Of a stretch of DNA of 64,000 nt, positions 1 to 9,228 are shown in pieces. This DNA comes from a candidate division FCPU426 bacterium (GTDB lineage Bacteria; Oederibacteriota; Muellerivitia; Muellerivitales; Muellerivitaceae). Location: the NCBI GenBank assembly GCA_963847625.1, contig CAWKAR010000039.1, positions 1 through 64,000 of the forward strand, given 5' to 3'. Position 1 is the first letter of the stretch; each line of letters begins with the position of its first letter. Under the pieces are notes generated by a model that had not been told where the DNA came from, searched no databases, and saw only the letters and a program-made list of their open reading frames with translations. The position numbers were made by a program, and so were the translations under genes.

Positions 1-58
1 GAGATAAAAAATCCGGCTTATAATAACACTGGATTCAGGTCGATTAAACGGCTGGGGA

Positions 59-586
59 ATGGTTATGAGTATTCTGGACCGCATCGAAGTCATTACCGGG
101 GACATCACGACGCTTAAAGTGGACGCCATCGTGAACGCGGCCAACGAGTCGCTCCTGGGCGGGGGAGGGGTGGACGGCGCCATCCACCGGGGGGCCGGGC
201 GCGAACTGGCGGCAGAATGCAGGACCCTCGGTGGATGCAAGACCGGCCAATGCAAAATTACGAAAGGCTACCGGCTTCCGGCCAAATGGGTGATCCACGC
301 CGTGGGACCCATCTGGCGGGACGGCGACAAGGGGGAGGATGAATTGCTCGCCTCCTGTTACCGGAACTCCCTGGAACTCGCGTCGCGAACAGGACTGAAA
401 ACCATCGCCTTTCCCTCCATCAGCACTGGCTCCTACGGTTTTCCCGTTAAACGTGCCGCCAAAATCGCTTTCTCGCAAATCCAAACTTTTCTTTCCAAAA
501 ACGGACTGGTGGAAAAAGTGACAATCGTTTGTTTTGACCCGGAAACCTATAAAACCTACTGTAAAGCCTTGGAGTCTTTGGCGTAA
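59..586 (+). CDS. ymdB: Macro-domain O-acetyl-ADP-ribose deacetylase (YmdB-like)
   Basis: [29 protein letters not shown] and [13 protein letters not shown] motifs. The start may be the ATG at 65. Confidence 0.92.
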   Translation: MVMSILDRIEVITGDITTLKVDAIVNAANESLLGGGGVDGAIHRGAGRELAAECRTLGGCKTGQCKITKGYRLPAKWVIHAVGPIWRDGDKGEDELLASCYRNSLELASRTGLKTIAFPSISTGSYGFPVKRAAKIAFSQIQTFLSKNGLVEKVTIVCFDPETYKTYCKALESLA

Positions 587-670
587 TATATAGAAGGTTC
601 AGGGGATGGGTTTCCTTCTTGGATCATCCAAGGCTTTCGGAATCCCATTTACTGGACAGGGGGGGTTCAT

Positions 671-1171
671 ATGGGTTTCAGACTGGTGAGTCCGTCTTTC
701 AAGGACGGGGACATGATGGACTCGAGATTCACCTGCGACGGCGACAACGTTTCGCCCACCTTGCGCTGGGCCGAGGTCCCCGAGGGAACCATAAGCCTGG
801 CTTTTCTATGCGATGATCCCGACGCCCCCGGCGGAACCTTTAACCACTGGATCCTTTACAACGTTCCCCCGATTCCCGCCGAGTTGCGAGAAGGCGTTCC
901 CGCCTTGAAGACCCTTCCTAACAATGTTTACCAAGGTGTTAATAGCTTCGGCTCCATGGGATACGGCGGGCCTTGTCCCCCCAGCGGGACCCACCGGTAC
1001 ATCTTCACAGTATTCGCCCTCAGCAAGTTATTGGACCTGGATCCCGGCGCTTCCAAGAGACAGGTTGAAAACGCCATTCAAAACCGTATCTTAGGGAAAG
1101 CCCAGTTGATGGGTAAATACAGCCGGCCCACCGTCCGGCCGGACGGTAAAAAAATCCTCAACCTGGACTAA
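671..1171 (+). CDS. YbhB/YbcL (PEBP/Raf-kinase-inhibitor-like) protein, cytoplasmic
   Basis: DDPDAP, HWILYN and GYGGPCPP..HRY motifs; no signal peptide. Confidence 0.92.
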   Translation: MGFRLVSPSFKDGDMMDSRFTCDGDNVSPTLRWAEVPEGTISLAFLCDDPDAPGGTFNHWILYNVPPIPAELREGVPALKTLPNNVYQGVNSFGSMGYGGPCPPSGTHRYIFTVFALSKLLDLDPGASKRQVENAIQNRILGKAQLMGKYSRPTVRPDGKKILNLD

Positions 1172-1205
1172 CCTCCTTTAAAGAGAGCACCCCATCCAAA
1201 CGCCA

Positions 1206-1955
1206 TTGAGTTTCCGCAAGAATAGACCAGCACTTCTAGCCCTCCTTTTACTTTCCGCCGGGCCCCTTTCGGCCGCCCGGTGGCCCCAGCCTGTGGGTTA
1301 TGTGAACGACTTCGCCAAAGTGGTTTCCTCCGACAAGTCCCAGGCCATCGAATCCCTCCTGACTGAATTGGAACAAAAGACAGGGGTCCAAGTGGCGGTC
1401 GTCACGGTGCCTTCCTTGGAAGGGAGCGACATCGACGGGGCCGCGTCGGATTTATTCAAGACCTGGGGGATTGGGCACCGGAAAAAAGACGATGGCGTTT
1501 TGGTTTTGATTTCCATCCAGGACCGGCGGGACCGGATTGAAGTGGGATACGGCCTGGAGGGCGTCCTGACCGACGGGCAAACGGGAGTCATCCGCCGTGA
1601 GGGCATGGAGCCTTATTTCAAACAAGGGAATTATGGGCAAGGTTTATGGAATGCAGCCGCGGCCATCGCCGGGATCATCACCCAAAACGCGGGAGTGTCT
1701 TTGTCCGGGCAGTCCGCGGTCCAGGAGAATTACAGTGAAGAACCGAGATCCCGGGGTATCGGCGGGACCCTTATTATTTTCATCATTCTTTTTATCATCC
1801 TATCCATTCTTAATCGCAGGGGTAGAAGCGGTTACTTGGGCGGCGGGTTTTATGGCGGGGGATGGGGCGGGGGTGGCGGTTTCGGGGGCGGCGGCGGGTT
1901 TGGAGGTTTTGGGGGAGGAATGTCCGGCGGGGGCGGTTCCAGCGGTGGTTGGTAG
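1206..1955 (+). CDS. TPM-domain (YgcG-like) membrane protein
   Basis: Signal peptide, VNDFA, WGIG..KDDGVL, IEVGYGLEG, a TM helix and a Gly-rich GGFGGGMSGGGG C-terminus; TTG start. Confidence 0.9.
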   Translation: MSFRKNRPALLALLLLSAGPLSAARWPQPVGYVNDFAKVVSSDKSQAIESLLTELEQKTGVQVAVVTVPSLEGSDIDGAASDLFKTWGIGHRKKDDGVLVLISIQDRRDRIEVGYGLEGVLTDGQTGVIRREGMEPYFKQGNYGQGLWNAAAAIAGIITQNAGVSLSGQSAVQENYSEEPRSRGIGGTLIIFIILFIILSILNRRGRSGYLGGGFYGGGWGGGGGFGGGGGFGGFGGGMSGGGGSSGGW

Positions 1956-1996
1956 GAGAAACAGCCGAGTTGTCAATGCTAGTAAAGGAAAAAGAT

Positions 1997-2698
1997 ATGG
2001 GTAAATGGACGACGGAAAAATTAACGGAAGAGTTGAAGGCCCTTCTGGGGGAGAAATTGGTTTCGGTGGTCCTGTACGGTTCGGCGGCGGCGGGGGACCA
2101 CGCGGGCCAAAAATCCGACATCAACGTGCTGGTGGTGACCCATTCCTTGAAGAGGGAGGACATCCTGGCTCTTTCGAAGGCGGTAGTCCCCTGGGTGAGA
2201 CAGAAAAATCCCCCACCCCTTTTCCTGACCCAGGAGCATTTGAAGGATTTCGTAGATGTTTTTCCGTTGGAAATCCTCGACATGCAAAGCAACCACCAGC
2301 TTCTTTACGGGCAGGACCCCCTTTCCACCCTGACGATTTCCAACGACCATCTTCGCGTGGAATTGGAGCACGAACTTCAGGCCAAGCTTCTTCAACTAAA
2401 AACCCGGTATATCCTGACGGAGGGAAAAGCCCGGGAACTCTGGCACCTCATGGTGACATCCCTTTCCACTTTCCTTATTTTGTTCAAGAATTCCCTCTGG
2501 CTTTACGACGAAAAACCACCTTTAAAAAAGATCGACGCTCTGCGTAAATTAAGGGAGCGTTTCGATTTTGAGACGGAGGCCTTCGAGACCATCGACCGGG
2601 TGAAGAGGGGGGCCCCCATCAAGGGTTTGGACGCAGTCAAGATATTCGACGAATATTTGGACGCAATCGAGTCGTTGGTCGATAGAATAAACCAATAA
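1997..2698 (+). CDS. Pol-beta-superfamily nucleotidyltransferase-domain protein
   Basis: LYGSAAAGD...SDINVLVV (GS and DxN motif). The ATG at 1997 follows a purine-rich RBS; the ORF-track extension to 1862 overlaps the upstream gene. Confidence 0.8.
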   Translation: MGKWTTEKLTEELKALLGEKLVSVVLYGSAAAGDHAGQKSDINVLVVTHSLKREDILALSKAVVPWVRQKNPPPLFLTQEHLKDFVDVFPLEILDMQSNHQLLYGQDPLSTLTISNDHLRVELEHELQAKLLQLKTRYILTEGKARELWHLMVTSLSTFLILFKNSLWLYDEKPPLKKIDALRKLRERFDFETEAFETIDRVKRGAPIKGLDAVKIFDEYLDAIESLVDRINQ

Positions 2699-2753
2699 CC
2701 GGGGAGAAAAGACCGGGAATCGAATGCCGCAAAAAAGTTTTATGGAGGGAAGA

Positions 2754-3335
2754 ATGAAGGGAACCAAATTATTACGCCCGATCAGCCTCATGGCTGCGGC
2801 CGTCTTTTTGCTCGCGGGTTTTACGGCGCTTTCAGCGGCGGCCAAGAAAAAATCCACCCTGCGCATGGAAAGCCCGAATTTCAACAAAGGCCAGGTTCTC
2901 CCGGATAAATACACCTGCGCCGGCGCCAATATCTCCCCCGCGATCCATTGGAAGGGCGCCCCCCCGAAAACCAAGACGTTCGCGCTCCTATGCGAAGACC
3001 CCGACGCCCCGATGCAGACCTGGGTCCATTGGGTGATCTTCAATATACCGGTGTCCATCAATGCCCCGAATTTCACTTATGAACTCGCTGAGGGTTACCC
3101 CCGCACGGAAACCCAGGGTAACGGCATTATCCAGGGCACCAACGACTTCAAGAAAATCGGCTACGACGGGCCCTGCCCCCCGGCGGGCGGACCCCACCGG
3201 TATTATTTTGAGCTTTACGCCCTGGATTGCAGCCTGCACTTGGGCGCCGGAGCCCTGAAGTCCCAGGTCATGGGCGCGATGAAGGGGCACATCCTGGAAA
3301 AAACGCAAATCATGGGGACGTTCCGGAAAAAATAA
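2754..3335 (+). CDS. YbhB/YbcL (PEBP) protein with signal peptide
   Basis: EDPDAP, HWVIFN, GYDGPCPP..HRY; hydrophobic N-terminus; GGAGG RBS before 2754. Confidence 0.9.
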   Translation: MKGTKLLRPISLMAAAVFLLAGFTALSAAAKKKSTLRMESPNFNKGQVLPDKYTCAGANISPAIHWKGAPPKTKTFALLCEDPDAPMQTWVHWVIFNIPVSINAPNFTYELAEGYPRTETQGNGIIQGTNDFKKIGYDGPCPPAGGPHRYYFELYALDCSLHLGAGALKSQVMGAMKGHILEKTQIMGTFRKK

Positions 3336-3390
3336 TCTATTTAGGTTCAGGGTTTAATTCCGCTTCGGATAAAAAAAGAGGAGGTTCAAG

Positions 3391-3954
3391 GTGACTTCGA
3401 AAATCTGGTTATGGGCATTGTTTGGTTTCATCGTCCTGTTCGGTTTGATGCTGGTGGGGTCCTACAACGGTTTGGTGTCAGCCAACGTCGGGGTAGACGC
3501 CCAGTGGGCACAGGTGGAAAACGTCCTGCAAAGGCGCTACGACCTCATTCCCAACCTGGTGAACACGGTCAAGGGCTACGCCAAGCACGAGAGGGAAGTG
3601 CTGGAGGAAGTCACCCGCCTGCGCAGCCAATGGGGCGAGGCCAAGAACCCATCGGATAAGGTCAGGGCCTCAAACGACCTGGAAGGGGCGCTCAGCCGGC
3701 TGATGGTGGTGGTGGAAAAATACCCGGACTTGAAGGCCAACCAGGGGTTTCTCCAGCTTCAGGACGAACTGGCGGGCACGGAAAACCGCATCGCGGTGGA
3801 GCGCATGCGCTACAACGAGGCGGTGCAGACCTACAACCTGAAGGTCCAGAGTTTTCCATCCAACCTGATCGCTTCCATCTTCAACTTCAAGCCTAAGGAC
3901 GCTTATTTCAAGGCCAAGGAAGCCGCAAAGGAGCCGCCTAAAGTTGAGTTTTAA
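3391..3954 (+). CDS. lemA: LemA family protein
   Basis: N-terminal TM, QRRYDLIPNLV, KYPDLKAN, ELAGTENRIAVER and FPSN; GGAGG RBS; GTG start. Confidence 0.95.
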   Translation: MTSKIWLWALFGFIVLFGLMLVGSYNGLVSANVGVDAQWAQVENVLQRRYDLIPNLVNTVKGYAKHEREVLEEVTRLRSQWGEAKNPSDKVRASNDLEGALSRLMVVVEKYPDLKANQGFLQLQDELAGTENRIAVERMRYNEAVQTYNLKVQSFPSNLIASIFNFKPKDAYFKAKEAAKEPPKVEF

Positions 3955-4251
3955 CGGGCGGAACACCAAGGCCATCAAGAGAACTCTATCCTCATAACCG
4001 GATCTGCGGCCTTTTACCTCTATACGGCCCCCCGGGGACCGGGTCTGAATGATTTTGCTGAAACCGGTTTCTTCCTTTTTTAACGTCCGTATTAAATCCG
4101 GCCCTCGAAAATAGCCTATAAATAAGGCTTTTTACCGTGATTAAAGTTCAAAAATATTTTCGAATTATTTGAAATAAAATAGAGTTTAGCCGTCTATATA
4201 TTGAACCCCCACCGAGAAGCGGTCGGTTGGAAAAGGACATTGGTAAAAACC

Positions 4252-5748
4252 ATGCGGCTTTCTCAAAAAACCTTTTTTAGCTTTTTAACCCTTTTATGGC
4301 TCATCGCGTTCCTCGCGCCCCGGGCTTGGAGCCAGATCATATCGACCTTTGCGGGCTTCTATAACCCCACTACCTGCGCATATTCAGGCGACGGGGGACC
4401 CGCCACTATGGCGCAACTTTGCTGCCCCGATGTCATCGCCTTTGACTCCCATTGGAACCTATATATCGGCGACTGCGGAAACGGGGTGGTCCGCAGGGTG
4501 GATGCCGTCACCGGCATTATGACTACCTACGCCGGTAATATCACCTTGGGGGGTACCTTCACCGGCGACGGCGGACCCGCGACCTTGGCCGGACTCGATT
4601 ATCCCGACGGGATGGCGTTTGATTCCCAGGACAACCTCTATTTCGCCGATTATTACAACAATAGGGTCCGAAAAGTTTCCGCCGCCACCGGCATCATTAC
4701 TACCGTGGTGGGCAGCGGATCTCCCTACGGCGGAGGCTACTCGGGCGACGGCGGACCCGCGGTGAATGCACAAATGAATATGCCCATCGCCATCAAGTTT
4801 GACAGCCAAGGCAACCTGTATATCGCCGATACCAACAATTACGTCATCCGCAGGGTGGATGCCATCACGGGCATTATCACCACGGTCGCGGGAAATTTCA
4901 CCTTGGGGGGAACCTACACGGGCGACGGCGGACCCGCCACCTTGGCTTCCTTTGTCTATCCACAATCGTTGGCTTTTGACAACGCGGGCAACCTCTTGAT
5001 TTCCGACGGTGGCAGCAGCGTCGTGCGAAGGGTGGACGCAAAAACCGGCATCATCACGACGATCATTGGAAACGGCACCGCGGGGTACTCAGGGGACGGC
5101 GGGCCGGCCCTGTCGGCAAGCCTGGATTTCGATAACGGCAGTCTCGCCGTGGATTCCGCTGGAAACATCTATATCACCGACGACTGGAACAACGTCGCCC
5201 GGAAAGTGGACGCCGCCACGGGCATCATTACGACTATCGCGGGCGAGGGCCCCCCGGTTCCCGCCGGGTACTCGGGCGACGGCGGGCCGGCCACCTCCGC
5301 GCAGATTTACCACACGGAAGACTTTGAGTTCGACGGCCAGGGCAACATGTATATTGTCGATTATGGCAACTGCCTCATCAGGAAGGTTACCGCCGTCGCT
5401 GTCATTAACACTCCCACCCCGACCGTCACCCCGACCGTGACCCCCACCCCGACGCCCCAACCGCCCGACATTTTCTATGTTTCCAAAAACACCCTCCACC
5501 CCGCCCAAGAATCCGTTTCCATCTATGTGCAATACCCGCATCCCGGCTATTACAGCCTGCGTATCTACAACTCGGCGGGCGAACATATTAAAACCTTGTT
5601 CGACTCTACCCTTGTAACCAACATGGCCATGTCCTTCTTCTGGGACGGGAAAAACAAGTATCAGGACACCTGCTCCAGCGGGGTCTACCTTATCTACCTC
5701 ACCGAACCTTTTGACCGCAAAATCAAACGCCTCTTAGTGGTACGTTAA
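4252..5748 (+). CDS. Secreted NHL-repeat beta-propeller protein with Thr/Pro linker and C-terminal FlgD-Ig/T9SS-like domain
   Basis: Signal peptide, repeated (Y/F)(S/T)GDGGPA...AFD..GNLYI units, TPTPTVTPT linker, and IYNSAGEHIKTL...WDGKN...SGVYL...KRLLVVR tail. Confidence 0.88.
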   Translation: MRLSQKTFFSFLTLLWLIAFLAPRAWSQIISTFAGFYNPTTCAYSGDGGPATMAQLCCPDVIAFDSHWNLYIGDCGNGVVRRVDAVTGIMTTYAGNITLGGTFTGDGGPATLAGLDYPDGMAFDSQDNLYFADYYNNRVRKVSAATGIITTVVGSGSPYGGGYSGDGGPAVNAQMNMPIAIKFDSQGNLYIADTNNYVIRRVDAITGIITTVAGNFTLGGTYTGDGGPATLASFVYPQSLAFDNAGNLLISDGGSSVVRRVDAKTGIITTIIGNGTAGYSGDGGPALSASLDFDNGSLAVDSAGNIYITDDWNNVARKVDAATGIITTIAGEGPPVPAGYSGDGGPATSAQIYHTEDFEFDGQGNMYIVDYGNCLIRKVTAVAVINTPTPTVTPTVTPTPTPQPPDIFYVSKNTLHPAQESVSIYVQYPHPGYYSLRIYNSAGEHIKTLFDSTLVTNMAMSFFWDGKNKYQDTCSSGVYLIYLTEPFDRKIKRLLVVR

Positions 5749-5807
5749 AAAATTCGTTTTCCTTGCAGTCAATCTGTATCCAACCCATCATGTAAACGGC
5801 TCATAAA

Positions 5808-7283
5808 ATGAATCCTATTGGCCATACCCTATTTTTTCCGCGAAGCGGATGCTTGGCGTTATTGTTTTTTGGGGCGGCGTCTTATTGCATGGGCCAGGGT
5901 CTGGAGGGCGGTTGGCAGGGCACCCTGGACGCGGGAGTGGTCCGGTTCCGGGTGGCTTTGGTGATCCAAAAGAACGCCCAGGGGCAATACCAGGGATCGT
6001 TCAACAATATCGATGACGGCATATACGGCGAACAGTTGTTACAGGTCACATCGAAAGGAAGGGCCTTCCACGGGAAGCTCGCCACAGGAGAGATTTTGGA
6101 CCTGGGCCTGGATTTTTCCGGCGGCCGCTTGGAGGGAACTTACCGGCAGGCCAAAGGTTCCTTCCAGAAGCCGGGGAAAATTTCTCGCTTAACCTTAAGA
6201 CGCGGAATGGATTTCTTGTCACCGCGCCTGGGAGCGGATGGAAAGCCCGTGGATCGCTACAAGTACCAAGTGCCCCGAGACACCCGGGACGGCTGGGAAC
6301 CGGGCAATTTAAGGGACTTTGGCGCGGATGTAAAACCCATCGAAACCGGCCTTCAAAAGATCCTGGATGGCACCTTCCCGCATATCCATAGCCTGACCCT
6401 GGTTCACCGCGGCAAACTCGTTTTGGACGAGTATTTCTACGGCTATGGACCCGAGGATCTCCACCCGGCCCAATCCGCCACCAAGTCGGTTTTTTCCCTG
6501 CTTTTCGGCATGGCCGTGGAACGGGGTTGGCTTAAGCCGGAAGAGAGACTCTATGATTTTTTCCCCGGATACCGGGAAAAGCCGGGGTGGGACAAGGCCA
6601 AGGATGGCATCACCTTGCGGATGCTGCTCACCATGACTTCGGGCTTGGGCTGTGACGACTGGAGGGATTCCAAAAGTTGTTCCTGGGCCATGGTGGATTC
6701 GCCTGATTGGCCCGGCTTTGCCCTTTCCCTGCCACTTTCCCGCGAACCGGGGAAACAATTCGCTTATTGCGGGGCCTGCTTGACTCCCCTTTCGTCCTTG
6801 CTGGCCCTGAAAAGCGGCTTGAGTGTCCCGGATTTCGCCCGAAAATACCTTTGGGAACCTCTTCAGGTCCGCGAGGCCTCTTGGGTGAAAGGCCCCGGGG
6901 ATGTCACACCGGTTTCTTTTGGGTTGGCCCTTAAGCCCCGCGACCTGGCCAAAATCGGATATTTGGTTTTGAATCAGGGGAAGTGGAACAACCGGCAGGT
7001 CGTTCCGGGAAAATGGATTCGGGAAGCCACCACCACCCATGTTTCCAAGGATCGGACCAACGGCAAGGCTAGTTATGGTTACCTTTGGTGGCAAAGCCGA
7101 ATCCGGGCAAAGGGTAAAAACCTTCGGATGGTTTACGCCTGGGGCGTAGGAGGGCAATATCTCTGGGTGGTGCCAGACCTGGACCTGGTTTGCGTGGCCA
7201 CGGGAGGGAACTACAAAAGTGGTAGCTTGGGGGCGAATGCCCTGAAGCTGTTCCAGGACAATATCCTGGAGGCGTTTAAATAA
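5808..7283 (+). CDS. Beta-lactamase-family (class C-like) serine hydrolase
   Basis: SxxK motif (QSATKS), LLTMTSGL, PGKQFAY, YGYLWW and AWGVGGQ; signal peptide plus an extra N-terminal beta domain. Confidence 0.88.
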   Translation: MNPIGHTLFFPRSGCLALLFFGAASYCMGQGLEGGWQGTLDAGVVRFRVALVIQKNAQGQYQGSFNNIDDGIYGEQLLQVTSKGRAFHGKLATGEILDLGLDFSGGRLEGTYRQAKGSFQKPGKISRLTLRRGMDFLSPRLGADGKPVDRYKYQVPRDTRDGWEPGNLRDFGADVKPIETGLQKILDGTFPHIHSLTLVHRGKLVLDEYFYGYGPEDLHPAQSATKSVFSLLFGMAVERGWLKPEERLYDFFPGYREKPGWDKAKDGITLRMLLTMTSGLGCDDWRDSKSCSWAMVDSPDWPGFALSLPLSREPGKQFAYCGACLTPLSSLLALKSGLSVPDFARKYLWEPLQVREASWVKGPGDVTPVSFGLALKPRDLAKIGYLVLNQGKWNNRQVVPGKWIREATTTHVSKDRTNGKASYGYLWWQSRIRAKGKNLRMVYAWGVGGQYLWVVPDLDLVCVATGGNYKSGSLGANALKLFQDNILEAFK

Positions 7284-7290
7284 GAGCCTG

Positions 7291-7349
7291 CCCCGGGTGG
7301 TTTGACACCCTGCGCCTCGCTGCGGTGCGAGGAGCTTATCCCAGGCCCT
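7291..7349. repeat. Dispersed intergenic palindromic repeat, copy 1
   Basis: 50/59 identical to 12851-12909; internal hairpin CCTCGC-TGCGGT-GCGAGG. Confidence 0.8.
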
Positions 7350-7432
7350 AACGCCCGCCGGCCGCTTCAGGGTGTTACATTCCAGGCTTTTTTGTGGTAA
7401 CTTTTACAAGAGCTTTATATAAAGGAGGAGTT

Positions 7433-8947
7433 ATGAACTTGAAACCCCGCTTTTGGACGCTTCTTTTGTTACCCCTTTTCGCGCCAGGCCTGCTGATAGC
7501 GGACGCTCCTTTCCCACAGCCTGCGGTATCCCTGGACGCCGGTACGAGCCCCCGGGGGATCGGAACGGGGGATGTTTTCGGCAAGGGTACCCTTGATTTG
7601 GTCGTGGCAAATTTCGGGTCGCCCACTTTCATCGGCCAATCCACCCCCGCCTCCCTGCTGGCCGCCCAAAACTCGTCGCTCCAGGTTTTCGCCCCCTCCC
7701 CCGGCGGTTTAAGGCTGGCCGCGACCGTTCCCACGGCTTCCAGCCCCAGGGGCCTGTCGTTCCTGAGGCCCAAGGGCGGGGACCGGGCCTATATCCTGGT
7801 CACCTGTTACGACGCCAACCTGCTCCAGGTTTTCGGGTGGCAGGGCGGGAAGTTCGTGAAAGTCGACGAGGCCCCCACCTTGAAAATGCCGGTCGGGATT
7901 GCGGCCGGAACCACCCGGCGGGGCGGCGCGCCTTTCGTGGCGGTGGCGGACTACGGCGCGGACAGCCTGTCCCTCTACCCGGTGAAAAACGGCAAGCTGG
8001 GGCCCAGGACCGACATCCCCATGCCGGGGGGCCCGATCCAAGTGGCGGTCGGGGACTTGAACGGGGACGGTTTCAACGAGGTCGCGGTGGCCTGCATGAA
8101 CGTGAACAAGATCGAGATATTGACCGTGGCTTCGGACGATCCCTCCGCCTACACCCACTTGGAGACCCTCGCCCTTCCGGATGGAAGTTCGCCCTCGGAT
8201 CTGAGACTGGCCGACTTGAACCGTGATGGAAAAACCGACCTGGTGGCGGCCGATTTCTCAGCCAACAGGGTCCTGACTTATCTCCAGAAGCCCGACGGCA
8301 CGCTCTCGGCCCAGGCCCCCTTGACCACGAGCGGAAGCCATCCCAACGGCCTCACGGTGGCGGACCTGGGTGGAACGCAGGGCCCGGCCATCCTCGTCGC
8401 CAACCGGGACTCGGACACCCTGGATATCTTCCAAGCGTCCGGGCAACAATACCAACTCGCCCGCACCCTCAAGGTGGCGGATGATTCCGGGAGCGGCTTC
8501 GGGCCGGTGGAAGTGGCGGTTTTGGACGGGGAAGGACAGGACGGAAAAATAATCGTCACCAGCCATATGAGGTCCAATACCCTGAAGGTCCTGGCCGTGG
8601 GAGGGTGCCCTGAATCCACCCCCACACCTTCCATCGGGGCCCCTGCTGGCGGCTATTCGTTCTCGCAAGATACCACCTACTGCTACCCCAACCCGGCCCA
8701 TGGCGGGGATGTCAAGATCAGGTTCGACCTGCCGGCGCCTGGCGCTGTTTCGGTCCGGGTTTTCAACTTGGTTGGGGAAAGGGTTTGGAGCCGGGACTTG
8801 GGGGCATCCCAAACCCAGGCCGGGACCAACACCTTGGATTGGAATTTGTCCAACCAAGCGGGGCAGAACCTGGCCAGCGGAACCTACCTGTGCAGCGTGA
8901 CCGCCGGGGACCGGACGGTGACAAGGAAACTGGCGGTGATCCGTTAA
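7433..8947 (+). CDS. Secreted FG-GAP/VCBS-repeat protein with C-terminal T9SS-type-A-like domain
   Basis: AGGAGG RBS; GDLNGDG and ADLNRDGKTDLV repeats; YPNP...VFNLVGERV...LASGTY...RKLAVIR tail. Confidence 0.88.
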   Translation: MNLKPRFWTLLLLPLFAPGLLIADAPFPQPAVSLDAGTSPRGIGTGDVFGKGTLDLVVANFGSPTFIGQSTPASLLAAQNSSLQVFAPSPGGLRLAATVPTASSPRGLSFLRPKGGDRAYILVTCYDANLLQVFGWQGGKFVKVDEAPTLKMPVGIAAGTTRRGGAPFVAVADYGADSLSLYPVKNGKLGPRTDIPMPGGPIQVAVGDLNGDGFNEVAVACMNVNKIEILTVASDDPSAYTHLETLALPDGSSPSDLRLADLNRDGKTDLVAADFSANRVLTYLQKPDGTLSAQAPLTTSGSHPNGLTVADLGGTQGPAILVANRDSDTLDIFQASGQQYQLARTLKVADDSGSGFGPVEVAVLDGEGQDGKIIVTSHMRSNTLKVLAVGGCPESTPTPSIGAPAGGYSFSQDTTYCYPNPAHGGDVKIRFDLPAPGAVSVRVFNLVGERVWSRDLGASQTQAGTNTLDWNLSNQAGQNLASGTYLCSVTAGDRTVTRKLAVIR

Positions 8948-9228
8948 GGTTTCTTCCGGCTAAACTCACCCGGCCATAGGGACCCTTTCAGCCCGTCTCC
9001 CATTTTTCAAAATTGGTGTGTTTGGCGGGCCTGAGGGCTCTGGTCATCTTCCGATTTTATTCCCATGGAAATGATGTTATTCAACCTGGGGAATAATGCC
9101 CTGACGATTTCAATATCCTGGGGGAGGGCACTGGTGGTTTCACTAGCCTAATCGGGACCGCCCATTCCTATACCGCGTGGGAGCATACTAAAAGGAGTGT
9201 TGTGGGGGAGGCTGGAAATAACTTCTTT

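Noticed and set aside
5460..5748. DGR template/variable repeat pair with 50472-50780
   Set aside because: Differences are not confined to adenines and no reverse transcriptase is present; these are ordinary paralogous domains.
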